Both the position numbers and the translations under genes were made by a program. Source: Methanobacteriota archaeon (lineage in GTDB: Archaea > Thermoplasmatota > E2 > DHVEG-1). Taken from it: a stretch of 64,000 nucleotides of DNA. Under the pieces are notes generated by a model that worked only from the letters and a program-made list of their open reading frames with translations, was not told where the DNA came from and did no database searches. This document shows positions 9,518 through 18,701 of the stretch, in pieces. How positions within the stretch are numbered: position 1 is the first letter of the stretch; the number at the start of each line of letters is the position of its first letter. The stretch is from the NCBI GenBank assembly GCA_026394495.1, contig JAPKYE010000072.1, positions 1,394-65,393 of the forward strand, in the 5' to 3' direction.

Positions 9518-10897
9518 GTGATTTCATCAGTCACCCTTACGGGTGATGCGATGACGGATAATGAAACAACCCAATCAGATAAATTTTATTCAAACAATAA
9601 TTCTTTTAAAGTTGTTCATGCTTCTGGTATTACTTCTCAAAATCAAGAAGTGGGAGTGTGTAACCAAGAATGCGAACCTATTTTAGACAAAATAAGCCAG
9701 AATCATATCGAACATTTAAGCCCTATTGTTGGGAAGGAAATGGTGAAACTGGATTATGACTTAAAAAAAACTTTAGATGTTGAAATATTTAGAAACCCCT
9801 ATGTACTTGAACCAAAGGACTATGAGACGTTACAAGATTTTTTCACGGCACTCGAACATTGGTGGATTTTTCGATATAGAAAAAACCCCAGTACCATTAA
9901 AGACAGAATCCGGTACGCAAAAAATATGTCGAAACATCCAGTTTATCCTATCGACTGGCTGAAGCTTAACCCGAATCAAGTAATAGCTTATCTGGAACAC
10001 AGAGAATATCAAGATTACGGCAATACTAGAGGAAAACATCAAATACGCAATGACTGGAAAACAATAAAAACTATCGCGAAAGCATTTGGAATCGATGCTG
10101 AACTTTGGGGATATATCCCACCATGCCCACCAAAAGCCAAGGTACGAAAAATACCATCACCTGACGAAGTACATGCTATTATCCATCATAAATACTGTAA
10201 GGACAAATACACTAAAACTTTGTATCAGTATATACTCATGCATGGTTTTTCTATTGGATGGAGACCTGCTGAGCTTGTCATCCAGAAAGTAAGCGATGTT
10301 CACTATGAAGACGGGTACTTAATCATCACTGAGACGAAGAAAGGCGACCAGATGCGACAGATTTTCCCTGAGAAACGTATTTTATCAGGGGAACGATGTA
10401 AAAGCTTCAAAAATTATATTGAGGACTGGCGACCAAAGGTTTTGAATCAATATAGCGGTGACTTTCTCTATTTACAGGCTAACGGGAGACCGTTTACGGT
10501 GAATTATCTGAGAAAACTACTTACCCCTGAAGTTAAAAAGGTTTGGAGTAGTTTTTCTCTCTATACGATGCGTCATTGGTGTGCAATAGCTCGATTAATC
10601 CAAGGCTTCATTGATAACGGTACATGGGATAAGACTGACGTTCAAGATTGGCTAGGACATGAACGAGTAAGTACAACTGACGACTATACTAAGTATGCTA
10701 AAAAGTACTATTTGATTGCCAAGTTTGATTGGATAAAATCCATCCTCAAATTTCACACAAAAAAATGTGAGAGGGGAAAATGGAAAAAATTCGATAAATT
10801 GGCAAAAAAGGGCTTTATTAAACCAGTTAACAGGAGAAAAAAGGAATGCTCCCATCGGGATTCGAACCCGAGTCTTCGCCTCGAAAGGGCGAAATGA
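9518..10897 (+). CDS. int: Tyrosine recombinase/integrase
   Basis: GWRPAE, YTMRH, WLGH...TTDDY catalytic motifs; 3' end runs across att into the antisense strand of tRNA-Glu; true start may be further downstream. Confidence 0.92.
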   Translation: MISSVTLTGDAMTDNETTQSDKFYSNNNSFKVVHASGITSQNQEVGVCNQECEPILDKISQNHIEHLSPIVGKEMVKLDYDLKKTLDVEIFRNPYVLEPKDYETLQDFFTALEHWWIFRYRKNPSTIKDRIRYAKNMSKHPVYPIDWLKLNPNQVIAYLEHREYQDYGNTRGKHQIRNDWKTIKTIAKAFGIDAELWGYIPPCPPKAKVRKIPSPDEVHAIIHHKYCKDKYTKTLYQYILMHGFSIGWRPAELVIQKVSDVHYEDGYLIITETKKGDQMRQIFPEKRILSGERCKSFKNYIEDWRPKVLNQYSGDFLYLQANGRPFTVNYLRKLLTPEVKKVWSSFSLYTMRHWCAIARLIQGFIDNGTWDKTDVQDWLGHERVSTTDDYTKYAKKYYLIAKFDWIKSILKFHTKKCERGKWKKFDKLAKKGFIKPVNRRKKECSHRDSNPSLRLERAK

Positions 10898-10919
10898 TTG
10901 GCCGCTACACTATAGGAGC
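10847..10919 (-). tRNA. tRNA-Glu(TTC)
   Basis: GCTCCTA/TGGGAGC acceptor stem, TCGCC-CTTTCGA-GGCGA anticodon arm, GGTTCGAATCC T-arm. Confidence 0.97.
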
Positions 10920-11247
10920 AAATTAGTTTTTATTGTTCTAAGGTTAACCCAACAATACGGAATTCCTTATTAAAATTGCGCCTGGACAATCATTGAACAA
11001 AAAATCCGGTGATATTGTGTGAAATTTGTAGAAATAATGGTTGTTAAAAAATTGTTGTTGATTGAAAAGAAGAGTTAGGCAGGAGAAATTGGAGGTGGAA
11101 AAAATACAAAAATTGGAGCTGTTTTTTTCCGTGGTGACAGATACATTTTCTCCTGCCTATGTTCTACTGTGTATTTGTTGATTTAAATACTTTTCGCTTG
11201 TTTTGTGGGTAAAAACAACTAAAAATAGGAGAAAACCTAATTGAAAG

Positions 11248-11320
11248 TAGCCCCGAGCGGATTCGAACCGCTGTCACTGGCTCCAAAGGCCGGTATGATT
11301 GACCACTACACCACGGGGCT
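11248..11320 (-). tRNA. tRNA-Gln(TTG)
   Basis: AGCCCCG/CGGGGCT acceptor stem, anticodon loop CTTTGGA, GGTTCGAATCC. Confidence 0.97.
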
Positions 11321-11592
11321 AAAGTATTATTGGTCAGTGCAGAAGGTGGATACCAATTTTCCTTTAAATGATTTTCTAGGATTATCATACAATAAACAAA
11401 GAGCCGTAAAAAAGAAAAACAGAGAATACATGTCCATAAGGGATTTCAGTGCGAAAATGTTTTTATTGTAGCAAAGAAGGAAACTACGTTGTCGATGAAA
11501 ACAACGGTATGTGGTTTCTCTGCAAAACACATTATCAGCTTTTTTTAGCAAAACATGGAAAAACAAAAAAGAAACGAAAAGAGGAAGAATAA

Positions 11593-12075
11593 ATGATCAA
11601 CGAAGAACTTTTATTAGATGTTTCTCAGCAGCTTAAAATAAAAGGTCTCACTCTAGCTACAGCAGAATCCTGCACCGGTGGTCTGCTTGCCCATATCCTC
11701 ACAAATATATCTGGAAGTTCTGAATATTTTGATAGAGGCGTAATATCCTACAGCAACAACGCAAAACAAGAACTGCTTGATGTCTCTGAAAACACACTCA
11801 AACGACATGGCGCTGTAAGCGAACAAACTGCACAAGAGATGGCAACAGGGATAAAAAACAGATCACAGGCAGACATCGGTATTGCAATCACTGGCATCGC
11901 AGGACCAAACGGCGGCACAAAGGATAAACCAGTTGGACTTGTTTACATAGCTATTGCAACATCTAAAAATATTTTAGTAAAAAAATTTGTTTTTTCAGGT
12001 GATAGACTTCAAATAAAAGAAAACACTTGCAACGCAGCTCTTGTTTTTTTATTAGAATGCCTCAATCAAAAATAA
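11593..12075 (+). CDS. pncC: CinA C-terminal domain / NMN amidohydrolase
   Basis: AESCTGG, SGSS, HGAVS, ITGIAGP motifs. Confidence 0.9.
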   Translation: MINEELLLDVSQQLKIKGLTLATAESCTGGLLAHILTNISGSSEYFDRGVISYSNNAKQELLDVSENTLKRHGAVSEQTAQEMATGIKNRSQADIGIAITGIAGPNGGTKDKPVGLVYIAIATSKNILVKKFVFSGDRLQIKENTCNAALVFLLECLNQK

Positions 12076-12095
12076 AATAGGAGGAAATAATCCCT

Positions 12096-13130
12096 TTGTT
12101 AAACATAGACGGATCATACGGAGAAGGAGGCGGACAAATCCTGCGCACTGCAGTAGCATTATCTGTCTTGACAAATACACCTATTGAAATCACAAATATT
12201 CGATCAAACCGTCCGACACCAGGGTTAAAACCACAGCATTACACCGCTGTTTCCTGCATGAAAACACTCTGTAACGCAAAAACTAAGGAGCTCACTGTTG
12301 GCTCATCACATATAACATTCATGCCTGGTAAACTGCAGGAAGGTTCCTATACTTTTGATATTGGTACCGCTGGGAGTATGATCTTGGTTTTTCAGACCAT
12401 TATTCTAGGTTCACTTCACATAAAAAAACCTATGACTATCAGACTTAAGGGTGGCACTGATGTGAAATGGGCACCATCATGGGATTATTTCAAGAACGTA
12501 TTTTTACCCTATCTGAAACAAATGGGAATCAACACAGATATAGAATTATTGCAAAGAGGATATTACCCAAAAGGAGGTGGCGATGCACAACTCACGCTGT
12601 ACCCTTATAATAAAATACTCCCATTTCATGATGAAACCCAACCTAATTTTTCTCATGTGAATGGTTTTATCTCAATCACAAATAATCTTTCTGATCATAT
12701 TGCAGAGCGGATGAAACATGCCGCAATAAAAACATTATTGAAAAAAAATCTTTCGGCATCTATTATTGTTGAAAAAGTCACTTCGTTATCTGAAGGTGCT
12801 GGGATTACGTTATGGTGTTCATCCAACAAAACGATACTTGGGTCAACTGTTCTTGGCGAAAAAGGGTATCCTGCTGAATCAGTTGGGGAAAAAGCAGCGA
12901 CAGAACTGTTAAATGAAATAGATACAAAAGCAACACTGGATGTTTACGCATTTGATCAGCTTCTTCCGTATATGACATTTGCACGGATACAAGGAAATCA
13001 TGTTTCGTGTCGTGTTCGTTTGATTAGTGATCATGCGCAAACCAATATGTGGCTGATCAATCAATTCTTTAAAGAAATCATTTTTCAAAAAACTTTAAAC
13101 GATTGTTCGGTACTTGTTACATTAGAATAA
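12096..13130 (+). CDS. rtcA: RNA 3'-terminal phosphate cyclase
   Basis: DGSYGEGGGQILR, GLKPQH, GGTDV, RGYYPKGGG, DQL, HAQTN. Confidence 0.95.
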   Translation: MLNIDGSYGEGGGQILRTAVALSVLTNTPIEITNIRSNRPTPGLKPQHYTAVSCMKTLCNAKTKELTVGSSHITFMPGKLQEGSYTFDIGTAGSMILVFQTIILGSLHIKKPMTIRLKGGTDVKWAPSWDYFKNVFLPYLKQMGINTDIELLQRGYYPKGGGDAQLTLYPYNKILPFHDETQPNFSHVNGFISITNNLSDHIAERMKHAAIKTLLKKNLSASIIVEKVTSLSEGAGITLWCSSNKTILGSTVLGEKGYPAESVGEKAATELLNEIDTKATLDVYAFDQLLPYMTFARIQGNHVSCRVRLISDHAQTNMWLINQFFKEIIFQKTLNDCSVLVTLE

Positions 13131-13185
13131 TAATTATCTGAAAGCATCACAATATATATTATGCGAAAAAAAATATTTTTTTGTG

Positions 13186-13560
13186 TTATTGTCGGTCTTT
13201 TATTAAATCCATTAGTTCCTTTCCAAATTCAGTGATTCGATATATCTTAATGGGACTGGTGGTAGTATCAATTACTTGTTCGATAATTTGTAAATTCAAA
13301 AGAGATTCTTCTTTTTTGTATCTGGTACCCATCCCTCGTAATGCACCAAGGACGTTTGTCGGGGTTGTTTTTGTATGATACGCAATCTCCGATGTATAAC
13401 TCCCACTGGGGCTGATATCAAAAAGGTATTCGGTTATTTTTTTGCGTACATTGCTTCTGCGAAGTGCACGAACAGCGAGCGGTCGTTTAGTGTCGATAGC
13501 GTATCCTACTTGTTGATTGTCCTGCATCCCATCCACGATCCTTATTAAATGAATGACCAA
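13186..13560 (-). CDS. EarA-like (DUF1495) winged-helix transcription regulator
   Basis: LRRSNVRKKI...Y.SEIA...NVLGALRG...Y pattern. Confidence 0.7.
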   Translation of the reverse strand: MVIHLIRIVDGMQDNQQVGYAIDTKRPLAVRALRRSNVRKKITEYLFDISPSGSYTSEIAYHTKTTPTNVLGALRGMGTRYKKEESLLNLQIIEQVIDTTTSPIKIYRITEFGKELMDLIKDRQ

Positions 13561-13760
13561 GCCCCTTAATATAAATGTGTACGGTGAATAATTAGCCGCA
13601 TATGCACCTGCAGGTAAATCGTGTTTTTTTAAAAAAAATGTATAATGTGCAGATGATAAGATGATTCGTTAAATAATACCATTACATAAAATACATGTTT
13701 ATATAATGATAATGTATTTGATTTCTCAATTGAGAATCATTTGTGTTGTAAAAAAAGAAC

Positions 13761-15707
13761 GTGATGAGTATGGATCTGAAATGTGAGGAGAAACAGGTGA
13801 CTCGGGAAAAAAACCCTGTCGTTTCGCAAAATATTGATGAACGTTATCATACATTGTTTGAGCAAGTGAATGCTGCTGCGTTTCTCACATCATTCGAAGG
13901 ACAGATTTTAGAAGCGAATCAGAAATCTTGTGATTTGCTTGGGTACAGCTGGGAAGAAATGCTCCGGTTGTCCCTGCGAGATATTCTTCCGAAGGAAACT
14001 GACTGGGTACAGTTCATCGATGAAATCTGTGCGCGAGGGGGTTTGCATATTGAGGCGGAGAGTGTCAAAAAAGATGGTGGCTACATCTCCGTGGAAATCC
14101 GTATCTCCTTATTCCGGATGAACAAAAAACCTGTGATGTTTGTCCTCATCTGGGATATCACTGATCGACGAAAGCAGGAGAAACGTCTGCGGGAGAGCGA
14201 AAAAAAATACCATGGGTTGTTTGAATATACCACAGATGGTATTTTTGTTTTGGATGCTCGTGGCGATATCCTTGATGTAAACACCAAACTGTGTGATATG
14301 CTTGATGTCAATAAAGATATTTTTGTCGGTAGAAATCTCTTTAACATGGATTTACTCACTGCGAAATCTCTGCCTATTGTTATCGCTCAGTTTGAACAAT
14401 TGCTTTCTGAGAAAAACGCAAAACGCTATACGACTGAGATGCGGACAAAACAAAATAAAATTCTTGATGTTGAGATTAGCTCGTTTTTCTTGGTACGAAA
14501 AGACAATGAGCTTGATAATTTTGTGTTGATTCTTCGTGATATCACATCGCGAACAGAATATGAAGTGCGACGACAGAAAGAACATGATCTTCTGAAAACC
14601 TTGATGGATAATGTTCCTGATTCTGTTTACTTTAAGGATGAAAAGAATCGTTTTATTTTAGTGAACAAAGCAAAAGCTGTTCATTGTAATAAAAAATCTG
14701 ATGAGATGATCGGGAAAAATGATTTTGATTTTATGCCAGAAGAACAAGCAAAGAAGAGCTTTGAGGATGATACTCGGATTATGTTATCAGGTCAATCATT
14801 GATTAATACTGTTGAGAAACTAATCTATAAAGACGGCTCTGAGAAATGGACATCGGTTACGAAAATCCCTCGGTATAATACGGAGGGGGAGATCATTGGA
14901 ACAATGGGTATTTCTAGAGATATAACGATTCAAGAAAAAGCGCGGGAGGAATTGAAACAATCAGAGGAACGGTATCGTGCGGTGTTTGAAAATTCTTCGT
15001 TTGCGATTATCTTAACCGATGAATCTGGGAAGATTATTTCGTGGAATAAACTTGTAGAAGAGCTTCTTTCGATGGATCGCAATGAGCTTGAGCGACGAGC
15101 TGTTGAATCGTTGTATCCAGCAGATGAATGGGAGAAGATTCATGCGGAATATGTGCATGATAAGGGAATTAAACGACGGATTGAAACAAAGGTGATACGT
15201 AAAGATCGGCGTGTTGTTGATGTTGATTTGTCGATCAATGTGTTGAAAAGCATTGACGGAAAAATCTTGGGGTCAACGGAGATTATTAGTGATATTACGA
15301 AGCGGAAAAAAGCTGAAGAGGAATCAAAAAGGCAGCATGAGCTCTTGAATGGTTTGATGGATTCGATACCTGATTCTATTTATTTCAAAGATGATAAGAA
15401 TCAGTTTATTTTAGTGAATAAAGCTAAGGCGAATCGGTGGAAGGTTCAGCCTTCTGATATGCTTGGGAAAAACGATTTTGATTTCTTGCCTGTTGAACAG
15501 GCGCAGCATGCTTTTGATGATGATAACATGGTGCTTCGTACGGGAAACGCGATTGTTGATAAGATAGAAATAATAACGGGTTCTGATGGAGTGGAGCGAT
15601 TCTTTTCTGTGACGAAGGTTCCGCGATATGATCTAGAGGGACATATCATTGGAACTATCGGGATTTCTCGTGATGTTACTGAATGGAAAAAAACAATGAA
15701 AGAATGA
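13761..15707 (+). CDS. Multi-PAS sensor protein (about five PAS/PAC units, no output domain)
   Basis: Repeated DIT/RDIT PAC ends; PAS3 and PAS5 are near-duplicates (PDS.YFKD..N.FILVNKAKA). Confidence 0.88.
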   Translation: MMSMDLKCEEKQVTREKNPVVSQNIDERYHTLFEQVNAAAFLTSFEGQILEANQKSCDLLGYSWEEMLRLSLRDILPKETDWVQFIDEICARGGLHIEAESVKKDGGYISVEIRISLFRMNKKPVMFVLIWDITDRRKQEKRLRESEKKYHGLFEYTTDGIFVLDARGDILDVNTKLCDMLDVNKDIFVGRNLFNMDLLTAKSLPIVIAQFEQLLSEKNAKRYTTEMRTKQNKILDVEISSFFLVRKDNELDNFVLILRDITSRTEYEVRRQKEHDLLKTLMDNVPDSVYFKDEKNRFILVNKAKAVHCNKKSDEMIGKNDFDFMPEEQAKKSFEDDTRIMLSGQSLINTVEKLIYKDGSEKWTSVTKIPRYNTEGEIIGTMGISRDITIQEKAREELKQSEERYRAVFENSSFAIILTDESGKIISWNKLVEELLSMDRNELERRAVESLYPADEWEKIHAEYVHDKGIKRRIETKVIRKDRRVVDVDLSINVLKSIDGKILGSTEIISDITKRKKAEEESKRQHELLNGLMDSIPDSIYFKDDKNQFILVNKAKANRWKVQPSDMLGKNDFDFLPVEQAQHAFDDDNMVLRTGNAIVDKIEIITGSDGVERFFSVTKVPRYDLEGHIIGTIGISRDVTEWKKTMKE

Positions 15708-15993
15708 ATGTGAATCTCAGTTCATAATCGTGCGACTAACCCCCGTGTCTCTTTTTTTTCTTTTTTAGTTATGTAATTATTCATACAGTTTTTTCCTCTT
15801 TGTTTTTTTTTCTATGAATGTACATATCCGTGTAGATATTCATCTGCGAAAAAGGCATTTAATATCTATTTAAGTTGGATGCATTGCACTCGACAATAAG
15901 CAGGAAAAACAAAGGTTAATTTCTTTTGTTTATACCCGCATATACAATGATTTTCCTGCTCGTTTAATTAATAAATAGGATGGGATCCAGGAT

Positions 15994-16770
15994 ATGGTCG
16001 TCAAAAAAGAAAAACTATTACGCTATATTCATCGAACCACGCGTTTTGTTGAACTTGATCTTCTTCGTGGTATGGCTATTTTAATCATGGTTTTTTTACA
16101 TGTTCTCTGGGATTTGGATTACTTTGGCTTTATGCCGTTAAATAAGGGTATTTATCAGTTTCAAGTTGTTATTCCTACCTTGTTTTTTATCCTTATGGGA
16201 ATCTGTTTGGTTATTACCACGAATAAAAAACAGGGTTTCTCAAATAAAGAACTTCGAACACATTTAATTTCTCGTGGATTGTGGATATTTGGTCTTGGGA
16301 TGATTATCACGATTGTTACCTTGTTGTTTATGTCAGATCGACCAATTTTCTTTGGTGTATTGCATTGTTTAGGGTTGTCTATTATTCTAAGCATTCCTCT
16401 TCTCCGACTTAAAACATATAACATCGCGATTGGGTTCGCAATTATTCTTGGAGGGTTTATTATGGGGTTTTATCCGGCTCAGGATGCAAATCTAATTTCT
16501 CTTATTATTGGAATTCATCCTGCAGATATCGGACATTTCACGATCGACTATTTCCCATTATTTCCCTGGTTTGGAGCAAGTTTAATTGGTGTTGGATTGG
16601 GAAATTTACTCTACAAAGATGGGAAACGACAGTTTCGATTCCCGGATATTTCTCGTTATAAACCCGTTGCGTTGTTCTCGTGGCTTGGGAAGCATTCATT
16701 GACGATTTATCTTATTCATCAACCGATTATTGCAGGTATTTTAGGGTACATTGTTCCTAAATTTTTGTAG
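15994..16770 (+). CDS. DUF1624/HGSNAT-like membrane acyltransferase
   Basis: ELDLLRG.AI..M, FGVLH, DYFPLFPW, GKHSL.IYLIHQP. Confidence 0.85.
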   Translation: MVVKKEKLLRYIHRTTRFVELDLLRGMAILIMVFLHVLWDLDYFGFMPLNKGIYQFQVVIPTLFFILMGICLVITTNKKQGFSNKELRTHLISRGLWIFGLGMIITIVTLLFMSDRPIFFGVLHCLGLSIILSIPLLRLKTYNIAIGFAIILGGFIMGFYPAQDANLISLIIGIHPADIGHFTIDYFPLFPWFGASLIGVGLGNLLYKDGKRQFRFPDISRYKPVALFSWLGKHSLTIYLIHQPIIAGILGYIVPKFL

Positions 16771-16800
16771 AATACTCAGTATTAAAATCGGTAAAATGTT

Positions 16801-16833
16801 CGTTTTGACGTTTTGACACCGTACGTTTATATA
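16801..16833 (+). promoter_or_regulatory. Tandem 8-bp repeat plus TATA box
   Basis: cgttttgacgttttgac-N8-tttatata; same layout at 46721-46689 on the minus strand. Confidence 0.55.
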
Positions 16834-17132
16834 GACGAAAAAAGAACGTATTCTATGGTGAGGAAGGGATTATTGCTATCTGTTCCTTTTTATGGTCGGA
16901 ATTTTTCTCCCTTCCTTTCCTCCCCCCGATATAAGATGTTATGTTGGTTTGTGCGTCATGAAGTAACATTTCTCAATTAGTATTTAAACGTAATGGATAT
17001 TTATGTTGGTTTTTTCTTCGAGTAAAAATATTAATATTAAAGATTAATAAAAGTAATTGATGGATTAGTTTTAAATAGGATGCACAAGATTCATATTTTA
17101 ATAAGGTAAAAAAAATAGAGGAGCGAAAAGAA

Positions 17133-17528
17133 ATGGATAATAAAATGTTTAAGACATTAGGAACCTGGCTATTCCTGTTAGGGATATTAATAGCACTAAT
17201 CATTGGTCTCCTAATGGGAGCAAATGTATATACAGACACCAACGGATACGGATCGTTAGTCCTGGCCGCGCTAGGATTTATCGTAGGGGTCCTGTCGTTT
17301 TTCGCCGTTGGAACCATAACAAGAGACGAAGTCCCGACATTTCTAATAGCCGCAGTACTACTGGTCGGAGTCGGTGCCGCAACAGCTTTACTTCAAAACG
17401 TTAGTATCATCGGACCATATCTCGCAGCTATGGCAACGATGATCGCAGTATTCATTGCACCAGCAGCGGTTATCCTCGCTGTTCGAGCAATATGGGATAT
17501 CGGTAAAAGCGCAGAGCCTAACAAATAA
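17133..17528 (+). CDS. Small four-TM membrane protein
   Basis: Four hydrophobic segments; SD-like signal and T-rich terminator. Confidence 0.8.
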   Translation: MDNKMFKTLGTWLFLLGILIALIIGLLMGANVYTDTNGYGSLVLAALGFIVGVLSFFAVGTITRDEVPTFLIAAVLLVGVGAATALLQNVSIIGPYLAAMATMIAVFIAPAAVILAVRAIWDIGKSAEPNK

Positions 17529-17633
17529 ACAACGAGATAGTTTTTCTATCTCTTTTTTTATTCTTTTTTCTTTAAATATTTTTTAATTTTTTTTTGTGAA
17601 AAATTAAAAGATAAAAAAAGAAAAAAATGGGGG

Positions 17634-18530
17634 TTATTTTTTCAATGGTTTCGCAAGTGACCACAAACTGTCAAACTTCACGTTGAATTGCTCGATATCC
17701 TCAAGGTTTACATATGCAGTGCCAACGTATGATGGTTCGCTTGAATCGTCAGTAAGAATCTTGATTCCATTTACCGCTAGTTCTTTACCTAACACGTAAT
17801 TACGCAAGGTTCCTGATGTATGTTCTGCGAAAAACCGGATATCAAGGTTATCGCCATACGCTTTCTGAAGGGCTTTGGCTGCATCCATACCGGCTTCTGT
17901 ATCAATGATCAGGCTTATTTTTGTGTTTAAATCCAAGAATTTTTTGAAATATTTCACGTATGGCTCTTCAAACAATCGTTCGCCACCGATCTGTAGTTTC
18001 ATCGGGCATTTTGATTCAAGACAGTTACTTAAAATATTGTAAAGAACCCATTTGCCGTTGTATCGAAGTGTTACGTTTCCACTGCGTTTTATTTTGATCC
18101 CATATTTGTCAAAGTTATGGTTGTAGGCATTACTATATTCGTTTAATCGGTTTTGCATCGCTAGATAGGTATCATCCGCAACCATGGTTTTCAAATCATC
18201 TTTTATATCTTCCCATATCGCTCGGGGGTTAACTGGAAGGAAACTTTCCCTTCCGAAATCCTCATCACCCTTTCCTGAGAAGAGCACTTCAGCAATAAGT
18301 CCATTACGGTGGAGGCATGCCCGTCCTGTTTCAAGTGGTCGTCTGGTAATGTTTGCAAGGTTTTCTGCGATTTTTAAAAACTCAGAGAATTCCTTTGGAC
18401 AATCCATTACAAGGATTGCGTAGTAGGTTGCTGCTTCACGTGGACGCTCCAATTTCATTCGTTGGAACATCATCTCAAAATCTTGTATATTATCTAACTT
18501 AACGTTAGATTCTGCTTTGTCGTATCCCAT
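17634..18530 (-). CDS. TrmB-like regulator (winged helix plus sensory domain)
   Basis: EAATYYAIL...L.RNGLI winged-helix pattern; C-terminal FDSLWSLAKP typical of TrmB/PLD-like domains. Confidence 0.55.
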   Translation of the reverse strand: MGYDKAESNVKLDNIQDFEMMFQRMKLERPREAATYYAILVMDCPKEFSEFLKIAENLANITRRPLETGRACLHRNGLIAEVLFSGKGDEDFGRESFLPVNPRAIWEDIKDDLKTMVADDTYLAMQNRLNEYSNAYNHNFDKYGIKIKRSGNVTLRYNGKWVLYNILSNCLESKCPMKLQIGGERLFEEPYVKYFKKFLDLNTKISLIIDTEAGMDAAKALQKAYGDNLDIRFFAEHTSGTLRNYVLGKELAVNGIKILTDDSSEPSYVGTAYVNLEDIEQFNVKFDSLWSLAKPLKK

Positions 18531-18701
18531 CCTTCTTCACCTCTCATCGTGTGTATAACATGTTTTTTCGTGAGTGTAAGAACAATAAATGAATTATTCT
18601 ATTATATAATTTATGGATGCATACGTAGGTGCATTATGTAACAGAAATTACATCGTAGAACGCTTTATGTAATAGTTTGAGAATCAATGTGTTTAGTTTG
18701 C

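Larger units (their letters stand above)
6358..10861. mobile_element. 4.5-kb integrative rolling-circle element in tRNA-Glu
   Basis: 17-bp direct repeat aatgctcccatcgggat at 6358-6374 and 10845-10861 (3' end of tRNA-Glu) enclosing Rep and integrase genes. Confidence 0.9.

Noticed and set aside
11164-11566. Short ORFs overlapping tRNA-Gln, and similar antisense ORFs across the window (e.g. 62983-63846 over dnaG)
   Set aside because: Shadow frames of real genes with no motifs
14590-15680. Long DNA direct repeats in the PAS gene
   Set aside because: Explained by PAS domain duplication
18605-18623. att core as an archaeal dif site
   Set aside because: Lacks a clear 11-6-11 inverted-repeat structure
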